Below, piece by piece: positions 26,052-35,080 of a stretch of 64,000 nucleotides of DNA. The DNA comes from a virus: the IMG/VR virus record IMGVR_UViG_3300009068_000001, positions 1 through 64,000 of that record. One strand, 5' to 3'. How positions within the stretch are numbered: the stretch's first letter is position 1; each line of letters starts with the position of its first letter. The notes under the pieces are model-generated. The model was not told the DNA's origin. It saw nothing but the letters and a program-made list of their open reading frames with translations, and made no database searches. The position numbers and the translations under genes are program-made.

Positions 26052-26408
26052 TTAAGCTGTCTCTACAGGGTCACCATAACCTGCGGCTCTTAAAAGATTT
26101 ACAAAGTCTTCTAGTCTAAGTATGGTCACCCACTCCCCTATAGAAGCCTCTCCTTGCCCGTTTAAGCGCAGTACAGCTACGGGTAGGTCTTTCCCATTAG
26201 ACCTATCTTTAAGCTGCTTAATAACCGTGCTAGGGCTGAAATCCTTACGTGCTTTTACTTCCCAGTCAATACCAACAGTACCGGTAACATCAGTTCCAGG
26301 CCTACCAGCACCAGTGGATTCCGCAAACGGAAACCCATGCTCAACAAGATACTCTGCCACAACTTTTTGTGACCTGTAACCACGATGTTTCCTACTCTGA
26401 CTTGGCAT
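26052..26408 (-). CDS. Holliday junction resolvase-like PD-(D/E)xK nuclease
   Basis: G.DV....WEVKARK; W.....LEDF. Confidence 0.7.
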   Translation of the reverse strand: MPSQSRKHRGYRSQKVVAEYLVEHGFPFAESTGAGRPGTDVTGTVGIDWEVKARKDFSPSTVIKQLKDRSNGKDLPVAVLRLNGQGEASIGEWVTILRLEDFVNLLRAAGYGDPVETA

Positions 26409-26940
26409 AACTGGACATCCTTGTTTTAATTAAGATTTCTAAATCATCTACGGTAGAGTTATTAACAAAAATTTGGTCTACTGGGTATCCATCCATTTGG
26501 GTCTCTGAGATATGTCCATTGACTGGGTCTACACCAAGTCTTTTAATTCTCCAGATTTGCCCACCTGTAAACTTAATCTCATCCGCTTCGTTTTCAAAAC
26601 GGACATCGGCAATAACATAGTTACCTTCAGGAGTTATATCTTTTAGGGCTTGTTTAACCCAAAAGTCTTCCCCAAACAACTTACGAGCAGCAACCCCGGT
26701 AGTTTGAAGAAGTCTACGAATATGTGGAGATTTCTTAGCCTCTTCCCAACCATCACGATCTACCTTAGCCTTTACAAATAAAGGCTCACCAACAATAGAG
26801 TCATACATAGGGTTGGCCTCATAAAGAAGCTCACGGATCTTATCAGCAAAAGCAACACGAGTAAACCCGTAGCGTTCTACTAAAACATTTGCAACAGTGT
26901 CCTTACCGGATTGTGCATAACCTGTTAGTCCTATGATCAT
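26392..26940 (-). CDS. Deoxynucleoside monophosphate kinase
   Basis: GLTGYAQSGKDT, FADKIR, RRLLQ, ADVRFENE, HISE. Confidence 0.85.
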   Translation of the reverse strand: MIIGLTGYAQSGKDTVANVLVERYGFTRVAFADKIRELLYEANPMYDSIVGEPLFVKAKVDRDGWEEAKKSPHIRRLLQTTGVAARKLFGEDFWVKQALKDITPEGNYVIADVRFENEADEIKFTGGQIWRIKRLGVDPVNGHISETQMDGYPVDQIFVNNSTVDDLEILIKTRMSSYAKSE

Positions 26941-27035
26941 TACTTTACCTTTCTTATTGCCTTAACAATAATCACAATAATTGTGAGTATTGGAACCCAA
27001 AATACTATAGATGCCAGTATCGCTAATGATTCCAT
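26940..27035 (-). CDS. TM micropeptide (31 aa), not in the ORF track
   Basis: MESLAILASIVFWVPILTIIVIIVKAIRKVK; GAGG SD; TAATG coupling. Confidence 0.5.
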   Translation of the reverse strand: MESLAILASIVFWVPILTIIVIIVKAIRKVK

Positions 27036-27185
27036 TTATTCCTCAAAACTAACTGGGGCATCTCCCCAAGAAGTTGGGGTATGCGCTTGCTTATCATCAT
27101 CCATAGCACCACATTCTGTGCAAGTAACTTGACCATCAAGATCTAATTGAAAATTACATCCATATTTGGTGCACAAAGGGCTCAT
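27036..27185 (-). CDS. Small Cys protein (49 aa), not in the ORF track
   Basis: MSPLCTKYGC...CTECG; packed. Confidence 0.5.
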   Translation of the reverse strand: MSPLCTKYGCNFQLDLDGQVTCTECGAMDDDKQAHTPTSWGDAPVSFEE

Positions 27186-27343
27186 AGTGCACCCCTTACA
27201 GTTAGTATAGAATCTACGTAAGCTTTACGTATATCTTTTGGCATATGGGATTGGCCTTCTACTTCAGGATAGTTTTGTTTTGCAGCAAAGTACAACGCCT
27301 CTAACTCCAGCGCTACTTTCTCTCTAATCTCTGCTTCGGTCAT
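27182..27343 (-). CDS. Small hypothetical protein (53 aa), not in the ORF track
   Basis: MTEAEIREKVALELE...; GGAGG SD; ATGA overlaps. Confidence 0.55.
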   Translation of the reverse strand: MTEAEIREKVALELEALYFAAKQNYPEVEGQSHMPKDIRKAYVDSILTVRGAL

Positions 27344-27822
27344 GTGTTGAACCTCCGTGTTCTGGCTCTCATTCCCCCACCATCTGAAGTACGACGTGTA
27401 AGCTCACGAGATACAAGCTGTGAGTCTCTCTCAACATTGAGAGTTCTAGTCTCAATCAATTTACGAAAAGCATACTTAACATCTGCCTCATGCTGAAGCT
27501 CTTGAATATCTGAACTATCTGCAATCTGCGCTTTTATAAGTGCAACACGATCACCCTTAGCTCCAGTCCAATGCTTGAGCATTGCCTTAGCCTCTGCGTT
27601 ATCTAGGTTGCGTTGTGCTTCACGCTCATTGATAATAGCAATAGCCTGGGCACCGGCAAGGTGATCATTCCATTGTGTAAACTGAACAAACAGATCCATA
27701 AGACCTTCGTCGTCTAGTTCAGTAATATCACGAGGCAACATAGGAATATCTACCTCTGGCTTAGGTGTTAATGAGAACCCAAGTTCATTTACTGCTGCAA
27801 GAACATCTCTACTAATACTCAT
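27340..27822 (-). CDS. Coiled-coil protein, possibly a UvsY-like recombination mediator (start likely 27822)
   Basis: All-helical, located in the RecA/exonuclease block; function inferred from context. Confidence 0.4.
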   Translation of the reverse strand: MSISRDVLAAVNELGFSLTPKPEVDIPMLPRDITELDDEGLMDLFVQFTQWNDHLAGAQAIAIINEREAQRNLDNAEAKAMLKHWTGAKGDRVALIKAQIADSSDIQELQHEADVKYAFRKLIETRTLNVERDSQLVSRELTRRTSDGGGMRARTRRFNT

Positions 27823-28682
27823 TTTGCCTCCTGAAATGGTGCACAACGCTTACACCCTGTAGCAGGATCAATACTGCACATAGGTGGTCGCTTGTTCTCT
27901 GCTGCCCATGCTATATCTAAAGCCTTATCAAAAATCTCTTTGGTAAACTCTGGGTTGTAAGCTACAACAAATTCTTTGTAGTCTTGGTTGGCTTTAAGTT
28001 CATAAATAAATACAATCTCTTTAGGCGCTACTTCTAGTAAGCCTTCTTCAACCATTAAGTGGCATAGGTGCAGGTATACCTGTCCTTGAAGTTGATGCAT
28101 ACGAAAAGGAGTCTTAACTTGTTTCCAAGCCTGTTCTATATCTCCGTTAGCTTGCTGAAGAATTGCTGGTGCTTCAAAGCGTAAGGTTCCTGAACCAATA
28201 GACTTAATTTCAATAAGGCAATCATCGCCTATTCCTTTAATCCAACCATCAGCGTGGCCACGCATCATATGCTTGTCACTACGTAGCGGTACTTCTTTAT
28301 ACTGAACACTCTTGTGTATGTCTTTAGAGACAGCCCAAGAAGTGCCAGTAGAATCTCCCCACATACCGTAAAGAACACCCATTTCTTTAAACCAGTCTTG
28401 CCACTTAGCATGGATGATGTGGCCTTCTGCAAAAATAGATGCAAGGCGGGCTGTTGTTTTATCGCGTGTCTCTGTATAGTTACCAGTAACAGCGTGGTAT
28501 TGTGCTAGTGCACACCAGTCTTCTTTAATAATATCCGAAGGGTGAATGTAACTCATGTCACGATCATCAAACGGTTTAGACAAGACGTGACGTTCTAATG
28601 CACCCATTAAACGAGTTTCTCTCTTACTCGTACTAAGGAATGCTTTTAAATCTTTGCTGGCGATAGTCTTAGGTTTTGCCAT
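27819..28682 (-). CDS. Cas4/RecB-like PD-(D/E)xK exonuclease (start likely 28682)
   Basis: HPS..C, GHIIH, GHADG, IEIKS, QGQVY, C-terminal C..C cluster. Confidence 0.8.
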   Translation of the reverse strand: MAKPKTIASKDLKAFLSTSKRETRLMGALERHVLSKPFDDRDMSYIHPSDIIKEDWCALAQYHAVTGNYTETRDKTTARLASIFAEGHIIHAKWQDWFKEMGVLYGMWGDSTGTSWAVSKDIHKSVQYKEVPLRSDKHMMRGHADGWIKGIGDDCLIEIKSIGSGTLRFEAPAILQQANGDIEQAWKQVKTPFRMHQLQGQVYLHLCHLMVEEGLLEVAPKEIVFIYELKANQDYKEFVVAYNPEFTKEIFDKALDIAWAAENKRPPMCSIDPATGCKRCAPFQEAK

Positions 28683-29001
28683 ACTTTCTGCCCTCTTTCT
28701 CCAACCACTCAATAAGAGTGAGCCCCTGTTTCTCATACTTGCGCTGAGCTGCATTGCGTTCTCTGTGCGACATGCCACCAAAGATTCCGTGTAACTCATT
28801 ATTCATTATAGCCTCCTTTAGACACTCTTGTCTAACCGGGCATTCTGGCTTACCATCTGTACCCCAACAGATAGATTTAGCCTTGTCAGCTATAGGCTTG
28901 TATAAAGCTTTGTCTCGTGGTGGAAAAAATATTTCTGTATCTTCTCCTTGACACTTTGCTTCATATCTCCAAGTCCAGCTGGGGTCATCGCTGTAACGCA
29001 C
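28669..29001 (-). CDS. whiB: WhiB family Fe-S transcription factor
   Basis: W...AKC, IFFP, AKSIC..CPVRQECL, GIFGG.S..ER. Confidence 0.9.
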   Translation of the reverse strand: MRYSDDPSWTWRYEAKCQGEDTEIFFPPRDKALYKPIADKAKSICWGTDGKPECPVRQECLKEAIMNNELHGIFGGMSHRERNAAQRKYEKQGLTLIEWLEKEGRKYGKT

Positions 29002-29321
29002 TAGTCACCTCTTATAGAATTACGTAATTCAAAAAAATCCTCCTCTAAAAGAACGACGTAATTCTCACCATCAAGGTGAAGCCCTAGAACCGGAGTACGG
29101 CTATCTAGTATTGCTTCCTTTGTAATCTTTTGAAGTACCTCTGACTTAATAGTCACTGACTTCTTACCAGTCCACTTATGTTCGATAAGAAGATCGTCAC
29201 TTCTGACGTCTCCTTTACGAGACCAAAATGCACCGGAGGCGGCACTGCGCTTACCACCTGCTATTTTTTCTAAACGTTTTTCATGCTTTAAAGATTGTTT
29301 TTGTCCTTCACTCTTCATCAA
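29001..29321 (-). CDS. Small PD-(D/E)xK nuclease, resolvase-like
   Basis: HE.R...SGA...KGDV...LIEHKWT. Confidence 0.7.
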   Translation of the reverse strand: MMKSEGQKQSLKHEKRLEKIAGGKRSAASGAFWSRKGDVRSDDLLIEHKWTGKKSVTIKSEVLQKITKEAILDSRTPVLGLHLDGENYVVLLEEDFFELRNSIRGD

Positions 29322-30369
29322 TTGCTTCGATCATAAGAGCTGGGCCTGCCTTTAATGTGTCCATTACAGCGTGGCTGATCTCATCTCTTAACTCTACTTC
29401 TTCTCGAAGAGAATCAATCAATGCTTGAGCACCTTGCCACTTACGTTCACCGTAGTACATCCAACCACCACGACGGTCTACAATACCATTAAGAATAGAT
29501 AATGCCACAATCTCTTTGCCGGTGTCAAATCCACCTGCATCAATTGCCCCACCATCTGCAAAGTAAAAATCTAGATATGCCGTTTGCTGCGGTGGGAAGG
29601 TCTTGTTCTTAATGGTTCTAACGCGGATAGTCTGTCCAACGCGGCGCTTATCTTGTCCAGTGCCAACTTCAAGCCAGTCATCACGTTTAACTTCTGCTCT
29701 AATACTATAGGCATAGTCTTTTCCAAGACCACCTGGGGTGGTACGTGGGTCTCCATGCATAACTCCAATTTTCATTCTATATTGATTAATCATAATTCCT
29801 AGTACTGGGCGCTCTGCCTCTACCATATCACGCTTTGTAGCTGATGCTACTTTTCTGAAGAATTTGTTCGTGATGAGGGCCCCACGTCCCACAGTGAATT
29901 CTTCCATGTGCTTTTCGTCTTCCGCTGAAGGAACGAGAGCGGGGAGAGAATCAACAACAACCATGTCAACAGCCTTACTTTCCATGAATTGGATAACGGC
30001 ATCGAATGCATCCTCCATACTATTAGTTTCTACAAGAATAACACGCTGGGTATCTACCCCACAAAGCTCAGCATACTTTGCGTCAAACGCTTCTGCAGCA
30101 ATCCATACTGCAGTAAAGTCAGGGTTTAGTTTTTGATTAGCACCGATAGTCTTAAGAGCTAACGCTGTCTTACCATGTGAAGCCTCACCAACTAATTCTA
30201 CCCAATGGTTCATAGGCCAGCCACCACCAAGTACAACATCAAGTGTTAGAGACCCGGTAGTAATACGCTCTGCTAATCGAACCTTATCTGCAGTTACAAC
30301 TGTACCTGCACCAAGCTTCTTATTAATGTTTGCTACAACCTTAAGTGCTTCTGAATTGATAACCGCCAT
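29308..30369 (-). CDS. recA: RecA/UvsX recombinase
   Basis: TGSLTLDVVLGGG, GEASHGKT, VVVDSL.AL, INQ.R.KIG, TTPGG, KNK. Confidence 0.95.
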   Translation of the reverse strand: MAVINSEALKVVANINKKLGAGTVVTADKVRLAERITTGSLTLDVVLGGGWPMNHWVELVGEASHGKTALALKTIGANQKLNPDFTAVWIAAEAFDAKYAELCGVDTQRVILVETNSMEDAFDAVIQFMESKAVDMVVVDSLPALVPSAEDEKHMEEFTVGRGALITNKFFRKVASATKRDMVEAERPVLGIMINQYRMKIGVMHGDPRTTPGGLGKDYAYSIRAEVKRDDWLEVGTGQDKRRVGQTIRVRTIKNKTFPPQQTAYLDFYFADGGAIDAGGFDTGKEIVALSILNGIVDRRGGWMYYGERKWQGAQALIDSLREEVELRDEISHAVMDTLKAGPALMIEAIDEE

Positions 30370-30758
30370 TATTCTAGTCTCCCTACGATTGTTGTTGGAT
30401 TAAACCCGCCACTTTGTCCTACTTGTTTTGATGCTACTACAGGACCACTACCGGTACCAGTTCCAGATAATCCAGAACCTTGTTGAACAATAGGATACCC
30501 ACAGTCGTAGCAACGCATGCGTCCACCACCGGGTGAAGACATATAATTTCCTGAATAACATGCTGGACAACGATCAGCACTTCTTGCACTCTGTGCCTTA
30601 GTAACTAACTGATCTTGATTAGGGTCATAGTTTACTTGTACGTTAGGAGCACCAGGAGTTGCTCTATACACATTACCAGCTGGGGGAGCTGTAGCCGGAG
30701 TAGGCGTACTGTTTGGAGCACCACCTAATTTATTTGCCCACCAATTACTACTCATCAT
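30369..30758 (-). CDS. Zn-ribbon hypothetical protein
   Basis: CPAC...CYDC. Confidence 0.65.
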   Translation of the reverse strand: MMSSNWWANKLGGAPNSTPTPATAPPAGNVYRATPGAPNVQVNYDPNQDQLVTKAQSARSADRCPACYSGNYMSSPGGGRMRCYDCGYPIVQQGSGLSGTGTGSGPVVASKQVGQSGGFNPTTIVGRLE

Positions 30759-31182
30759 CCACCGCCAATGACTTTATCAGTCCTAGATTTAATAACGTTG
30801 ACACACAAGATACTGAAGAAGACAACGCGACAAGCCTAAACAGCCTGGTTAATTGCTCTACATCTTCTACGCCAAGTTTTCCTAACTCGTTGTAATCTTC
30901 TTCCTCGTCCTCAATCATATAAGCTGAAGCAGCAATCTTGGCTGTAATATCAGCATGTGAGTCTATAAAAGGAAGCAATGTTGAAAATCTTTCTAAACGT
31001 TTTTGACTTTCACGCTCTTCCATTTCTGCCACGTCATCAGAAATAGGAGGTAAGCCCATAGCGTATGCAATCTTTTCTGCAGGCATGAGCATAGTGTCAT
31101 AGATAACTTGTCGTATTAAAACAGGCAGGGTAGGATGATCAATCTTTATACGTTTTGCCTTAGGCTTCTTATTCCAAAACAT
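30748..31182 (-). CDS. Hypothetical protein (144 aa)
   Basis: TAATG coupling to polA. Confidence 0.65.
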   Translation of the reverse strand: MFWNKKPKAKRIKIDHPTLPVLIRQVIYDTMLMPAEKIAYAMGLPPISDDVAEMEERESQKRLERFSTLLPFIDSHADITAKIAASAYMIEDEEEDYNELGKLGVEDVEQLTRLFRLVALSSSVSCVSTLLNLGLIKSLAVDDE

Positions 31183-33158
31183 TATTTAGCTTCTCCCCAA
31201 CGTTGCACGGTTTTTACATCTGCGATCATTGGGATATTAAGAGCCTTAATACCTTCCATAGCTTCACGAATAGCTGCTGCTGTTTCTTCAGCTAAATGAT
31301 CTGGAGTAACAGTTACCAATTCATCGTGAATAGTCAAGATTAAACTTGACTCGGCCGGGATCAACTTATGTGCTCTAATCATAGCAAGCTTTATGAGATC
31401 TGCCGAAGACCCCTGGATCACGGTGTTAAAAGCCTGACGTTCTGCTCTAGAACGTTGCCACATAACGTTTGATCGTAGGTCAGGAATATACCTGCGACGG
31501 TTTAAATAGGTCAATGCATAAGGCACTGGGCCACGTTTACGGCTGTCAGCAATGACTTGCTTCTTGTACTTAGCTACAGAGGGGAACTTGGCCATAAAAG
31601 CATCAAGTAAGTTTCTAGCCTCATTGACAGACACTCCAATAGACTCAGCAATTTTGTCTGGGCCTACACCGTACATCATTGCTAACACTAGAGTCTTAGC
31701 TGCATCACGAGACACACCTACGGTATTACCGATAGTTGTATAGATATCTACGCCTTCAAGATAAGAAGTGCACATAATTCTATCACCACTAAAGGATGCT
31801 AAAACACGTGGCTCAATCTGTGAGTAGTCGGCTACAACAAGTTTGCTACCCTCGGGGGCAACAAAGAGATTGCGAATAGCCTTACCATTAAATGTACGAG
31901 GGTTAGGTACATTCTGCAAGTTAGGGTTACGACTAGAGAAACGCCCAGTCTCTGCACCGTACTGAATAAAGTCTGTGTGGATCCTGCCATTGAGTAGCAA
32001 ACTTTTCTTTGCAACAATCTTAGACTTACCCAAGAGTGTACGAGTTATATCTCCACCCATGTAAGGTATAACATAGGTTGTTAGTAACTTGTTAAGGTCA
32101 GAGTAGTTTAACATCTCGTCTACCAAAGCATCCTTACCAGCAAACATCTTTAGCGCAGGTTCTGCTACAGAGAAGTCAGAAACTGTAGGGTCAGACCCAG
32201 CCTCAATACGTTTCTCACCGGCAGGCGTTAACACCTTAGGTTTAAGGCCACGACCACCTTCTGTCTTCTTAGAAAATAAAAGTTTTTGCTTTTCAGGAAC
32301 ACTATTAATATTAAATGCTTTTCCAGCAAACTTATAGATGTTAGCCTTGGTGGTTTCTAGTTGAAGCTCTAAGCTTTCTTTAAGCTTTTCTAACTCGTTG
32401 ACATCAATATCCGCACCACGAAGTTCCATAGTACAGATCACTTCAAGTACATCCATCTCTAGGGTAAACAAGCCACGAAGATTGTCAGTGTCTAAGTTAC
32501 CAGAATACTTATTCCAAAGCTTCCAAGTCCACTCAGCATCAAGACCTGCGTACGTTGCAACCTCGTCAAAAGAATAAACCTCTACTTCTTTACCCACACC
32601 CTTGACCATGTGATAGCCAAACTCACGCTTCAAGCAATCATCAAGACCAAGATTAAGTCGATCCTGTGTATTAAGAATAAACGCAGCGTTGAGGGTACAT
32701 GCATACGGCTGCGCTGGAAGTGCACCAAGATACTTGGTGACACTTTGTAAATCAAACTTTAGGTTGTGCCCAATCTTAACCTTGTCACCAAAGAACAATG
32801 GCTTTAGGGCTTTGAATACTTCTCCTGGGGTTAGTTGTTCCGGAGCCTCAGTAAAAATCTTTGTAGCCTTACGCTCATCTTTGCTGTAATCAGACGCACG
32901 AATAGGTAAACCCTTAATAATTCTATCCTGTGCAGAGGGGAGCAATGGATATTCTGTACGAACATAGTCTCCGTTTGGATGGCCCATTGGAATAACATCC
33001 ACACGGCCTTCAGTGGCCAGTGCGATCCAAGTGATTATGTTCTGACGCGGATCACCCCGATGATCCCCTACAGTTTCCACGTCAAAGACAAAGGCGTCCT
33101 GTTCACTGTAATAGGAAACAAGATCCTTTAACTTATCTTCTGTGGTAATAATATTCAT
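31182..33158 (-). CDS. polA: Family A DNA polymerase with 3'-5' exonuclease domain (no 5'-3' exonuclease)
   Basis: FDVET, HNLKFD, YAGLDA; TGRFSS.NPNLQN, DYSQIE, R..AK....YG, NTVIQG, IHDE. Confidence 0.95.
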   Translation of the reverse strand: MNIITTEDKLKDLVSYYSEQDAFVFDVETVGDHRGDPRQNIITWIALATEGRVDVIPMGHPNGDYVRTEYPLLPSAQDRIIKGLPIRASDYSKDERKATKIFTEAPEQLTPGEVFKALKPLFFGDKVKIGHNLKFDLQSVTKYLGALPAQPYACTLNAAFILNTQDRLNLGLDDCLKREFGYHMVKGVGKEVEVYSFDEVATYAGLDAEWTWKLWNKYSGNLDTDNLRGLFTLEMDVLEVICTMELRGADIDVNELEKLKESLELQLETTKANIYKFAGKAFNINSVPEKQKLLFSKKTEGGRGLKPKVLTPAGEKRIEAGSDPTVSDFSVAEPALKMFAGKDALVDEMLNYSDLNKLLTTYVIPYMGGDITRTLLGKSKIVAKKSLLLNGRIHTDFIQYGAETGRFSSRNPNLQNVPNPRTFNGKAIRNLFVAPEGSKLVVADYSQIEPRVLASFSGDRIMCTSYLEGVDIYTTIGNTVGVSRDAAKTLVLAMMYGVGPDKIAESIGVSVNEARNLLDAFMAKFPSVAKYKKQVIADSRKRGPVPYALTYLNRRRYIPDLRSNVMWQRSRAERQAFNTVIQGSSADLIKLAMIRAHKLIPAESSLILTIHDELVTVTPDHLAEETAAAIREAMEGIKALNIPMIADVKTVQRWGEAK

Positions 33159-33176
33159 TGCTCTCCTCTGATGGAA

Positions 33177-33213
33177 GAGGGGCCCGTGAGAAAGGAGTTA
33201 GACCGGGCCCCTC
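33177..33213 (-). promoter_or_regulatory. 10-bp GC hairpin upstream of polA with an anti-SD sequence in its loop
   Basis: GAGGGGCCCG/CGGGCCCCTC; minus-strand loop contains CTCCTTT. Confidence 0.5.
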
Positions 33214-33229
33214 AAGTTAATGGGGTTGA

Positions 33230-33922
33230 CTAGTTGCTTGCTGCAATTTCACGAGCAATCTCTGCAAGTTCTGCCTTAGTGGACATGTGGAGAGAGTCTT
33301 GTCCAAGAGGTTTCATTGTTTTGATTAACTCAGCAGCTGCAATAGGATCAATTTCCCATTCATCAGCAAGGTCACGTTCCTTAACAGGAACGATAGAGTA
33401 AGAAGTCTTGGTGCCCTGACCAGACTTACTTACCGCCCAATATAGGTCGGGACGATTTAGTGGACCAGTCTTTGCATTAGAAGCAAGCTTCTCAAGTTGA
33501 CCACATAAACGAACCCCGACAATCATTAGTTGGAGTTGTGGGTCTTCATCTGAAAGGTTGAGAACAGTAAACGCAAACTTTTGGTCTGGCTTACTACCCA
33601 CTGCAATTAGTGGATCGTCTTCACCGATACTAATGAACGACTTTTTACCTGGACGATTAATCCAGTGCTGCATGAACACCATTGGTTCGTCCGAGATGAA
33701 TTTGATTAGTTGAACATCTTCGTCAAAACGGAAATCCGTTGCGAAGGTTTTTGTTGACTTGGCAACAGCTTTCTTGGCTGCACCCCAACCTGATTGAATA
33801 ACAGATGAGTGTGAAGGAACTTCGTTCTCATCTTCCTCAACGAACAGGTTTTCCTCAACTACTGGAGCTGAGTATGAATCTACGTTAGGTAGATCTTTTT
33901 GTATTTTTAATGAAGCGCTCAT
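33230..33922 (-). CDS. Single-stranded DNA-binding protein, gp32-like (start likely 33922)
   Basis: IKF...P...QHW, K.G.GTKT.Y pattern; position next to polA. Confidence 0.55.
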   Translation of the reverse strand: MSASLKIQKDLPNVDSYSAPVVEENLFVEEDENEVPSHSSVIQSGWGAAKKAVAKSTKTFATDFRFDEDVQLIKFISDEPMVFMQHWINRPGKKSFISIGEDDPLIAVGSKPDQKFAFTVLNLSDEDPQLQLMIVGVRLCGQLEKLASNAKTGPLNRPDLYWAVSKSGQGTKTSYSIVPVKERDLADEWEIDPIAAAELIKTMKPLGQDSLHMSTKAELAEIAREIAASN

Positions 33923-33980
33923 GGCTTCCTCTCTTTTACTTGGCTGATAGCTGAGACCCAAGGGTCTTTACGCTAGGTGG

Positions 33981-34448
33981 TTAGTTAGTTTCTTGATCGT
34001 GAATCGCTTTCCAAGACTCTGCCAATTCAATTGACATATCCGGGTAGCGATTCCAATCAATTCTCGGAGCCTCTAAGAGACCTCGAGAGTTGAAGATCTT
34101 AACAGTTGACTCAATCATTGCTTTGGAATACATCCGCCATCCTGGCTTCTTTACTCCGTCTACGATGATTGACTTTAAGCGATAGGGTGCACGTGGTATA
34201 TAACCTTTTCGTTCCCAAAGCCGTAGAGTAACTATCGGTCTTCCTAGTGCTTGGCACAATGACCCGGCACTATATAATTCTACCACGTTTCCGTTAGGTA
34301 GTTTTTTAACCTGAGGACTTGCGTCCCAGGAACCTGTTTCTTTTACTTTCTTTGGCTTAGCATTTGGATCTACAGGGCGACGCTTCTTCTTAGATCCTGG
34401 ATAGAAATCATCCAAGCCACTAAAGAACTTGTCTACCTTGTCTTCCAT
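33981..34448 (-). CDS. MerR-like helix-turn-helix DNA-binding protein
   Basis: YSAGSLCQALGR...TLRLWERKGYIP...WRMYS. Confidence 0.7.
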   Translation of the reverse strand: MEDKVDKFFSGLDDFYPGSKKKRRPVDPNAKPKKVKETGSWDASPQVKKLPNGNVVELYSAGSLCQALGRPIVTLRLWERKGYIPRAPYRLKSIIVDGVKKPGWRMYSKAMIESTVKIFNSRGLLEAPRIDWNRYPDMSIELAESWKAIHDQETN

Positions 34449-34450
34449 AA

Positions 34451-34885
34451 TTAAGCCTTGCTAGTAAGGAATGCGTACGATACTTTCTTTGGGAACATCT
34501 TATCCACTTCTTCTTCTGTGATAAGACCTTCGTATAGACATGCCATAACTTCATCTTCTTTGAGTACAGGCATCATAACAAAACAACGATCGAACAATCC
34601 TTTTTCTTTAAGGAGTTCTGTAGCAGTACTTTCATCTAAAGATTGAGATACCTTGCGTTGGCGTTGGAGAGATGTGAATCCGTCAACTTCGTGGGGAAGA
34701 CGGAGCCACAGGTTTCCCTTTTCGTCAGGCTCGCCTATGATATCAACTAACTCTGACAAGTCTGCTTTGATGGTATCTCGTTGCTTGCTCATGTCGTCAA
34801 TGCGACTACGTAAGGATATAAATTCTGAGACCTTCGGCATAAAACCAGGGTCTTGTGGATCTTGACGTTCAATAACAGTTGGCAT
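34451..34885 (-). CDS. Hypothetical protein (144 aa, N-terminal coiled coil)
   Basis: AGGAGG SD. Confidence 0.7.
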   Translation of the reverse strand: MPTVIERQDPQDPGFMPKVSEFISLRSRIDDMSKQRDTIKADLSELVDIIGEPDEKGNLWLRLPHEVDGFTSLQRQRKVSQSLDESTATELLKEKGLFDRCFVMMPVLKEDEVMACLYEGLITEEEVDKMFPKKVSYAFLTSKA

Positions 34886-34918
34886 ATTTCCTCCTGTTAT
34901 TATTCTATAGGCTAATCC

Positions 34919-35071
34919 TTAGGAATGCAAATCGCCAACATAGGCCTTGAGCGCCTCAATAATCACGTCTGTAACGGTGCGCTCTTCAATGGCAGCCTTA
35001 TCCTTCACAGCAGTCCAGAGGTCGTTAGACACACGGATAGTGCGAGTCGGGGTCTTAGGTGCGTTAGGCAT
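34919..35071 (-). CDS. Ribbon-helix-helix DNA-binding protein (50 aa), not in the ORF track
   Basis: MPNAPKTPTRTIRVSNDLWTAVKDKAAIEERTVTDVIIEALKAYV. Confidence 0.75.
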   Translation of the reverse strand: MPNAPKTPTRTIRVSNDLWTAVKDKAAIEERTVTDVIIEALKAYVGDLHS

Positions 35072-35080
35072 AGTCATAGT

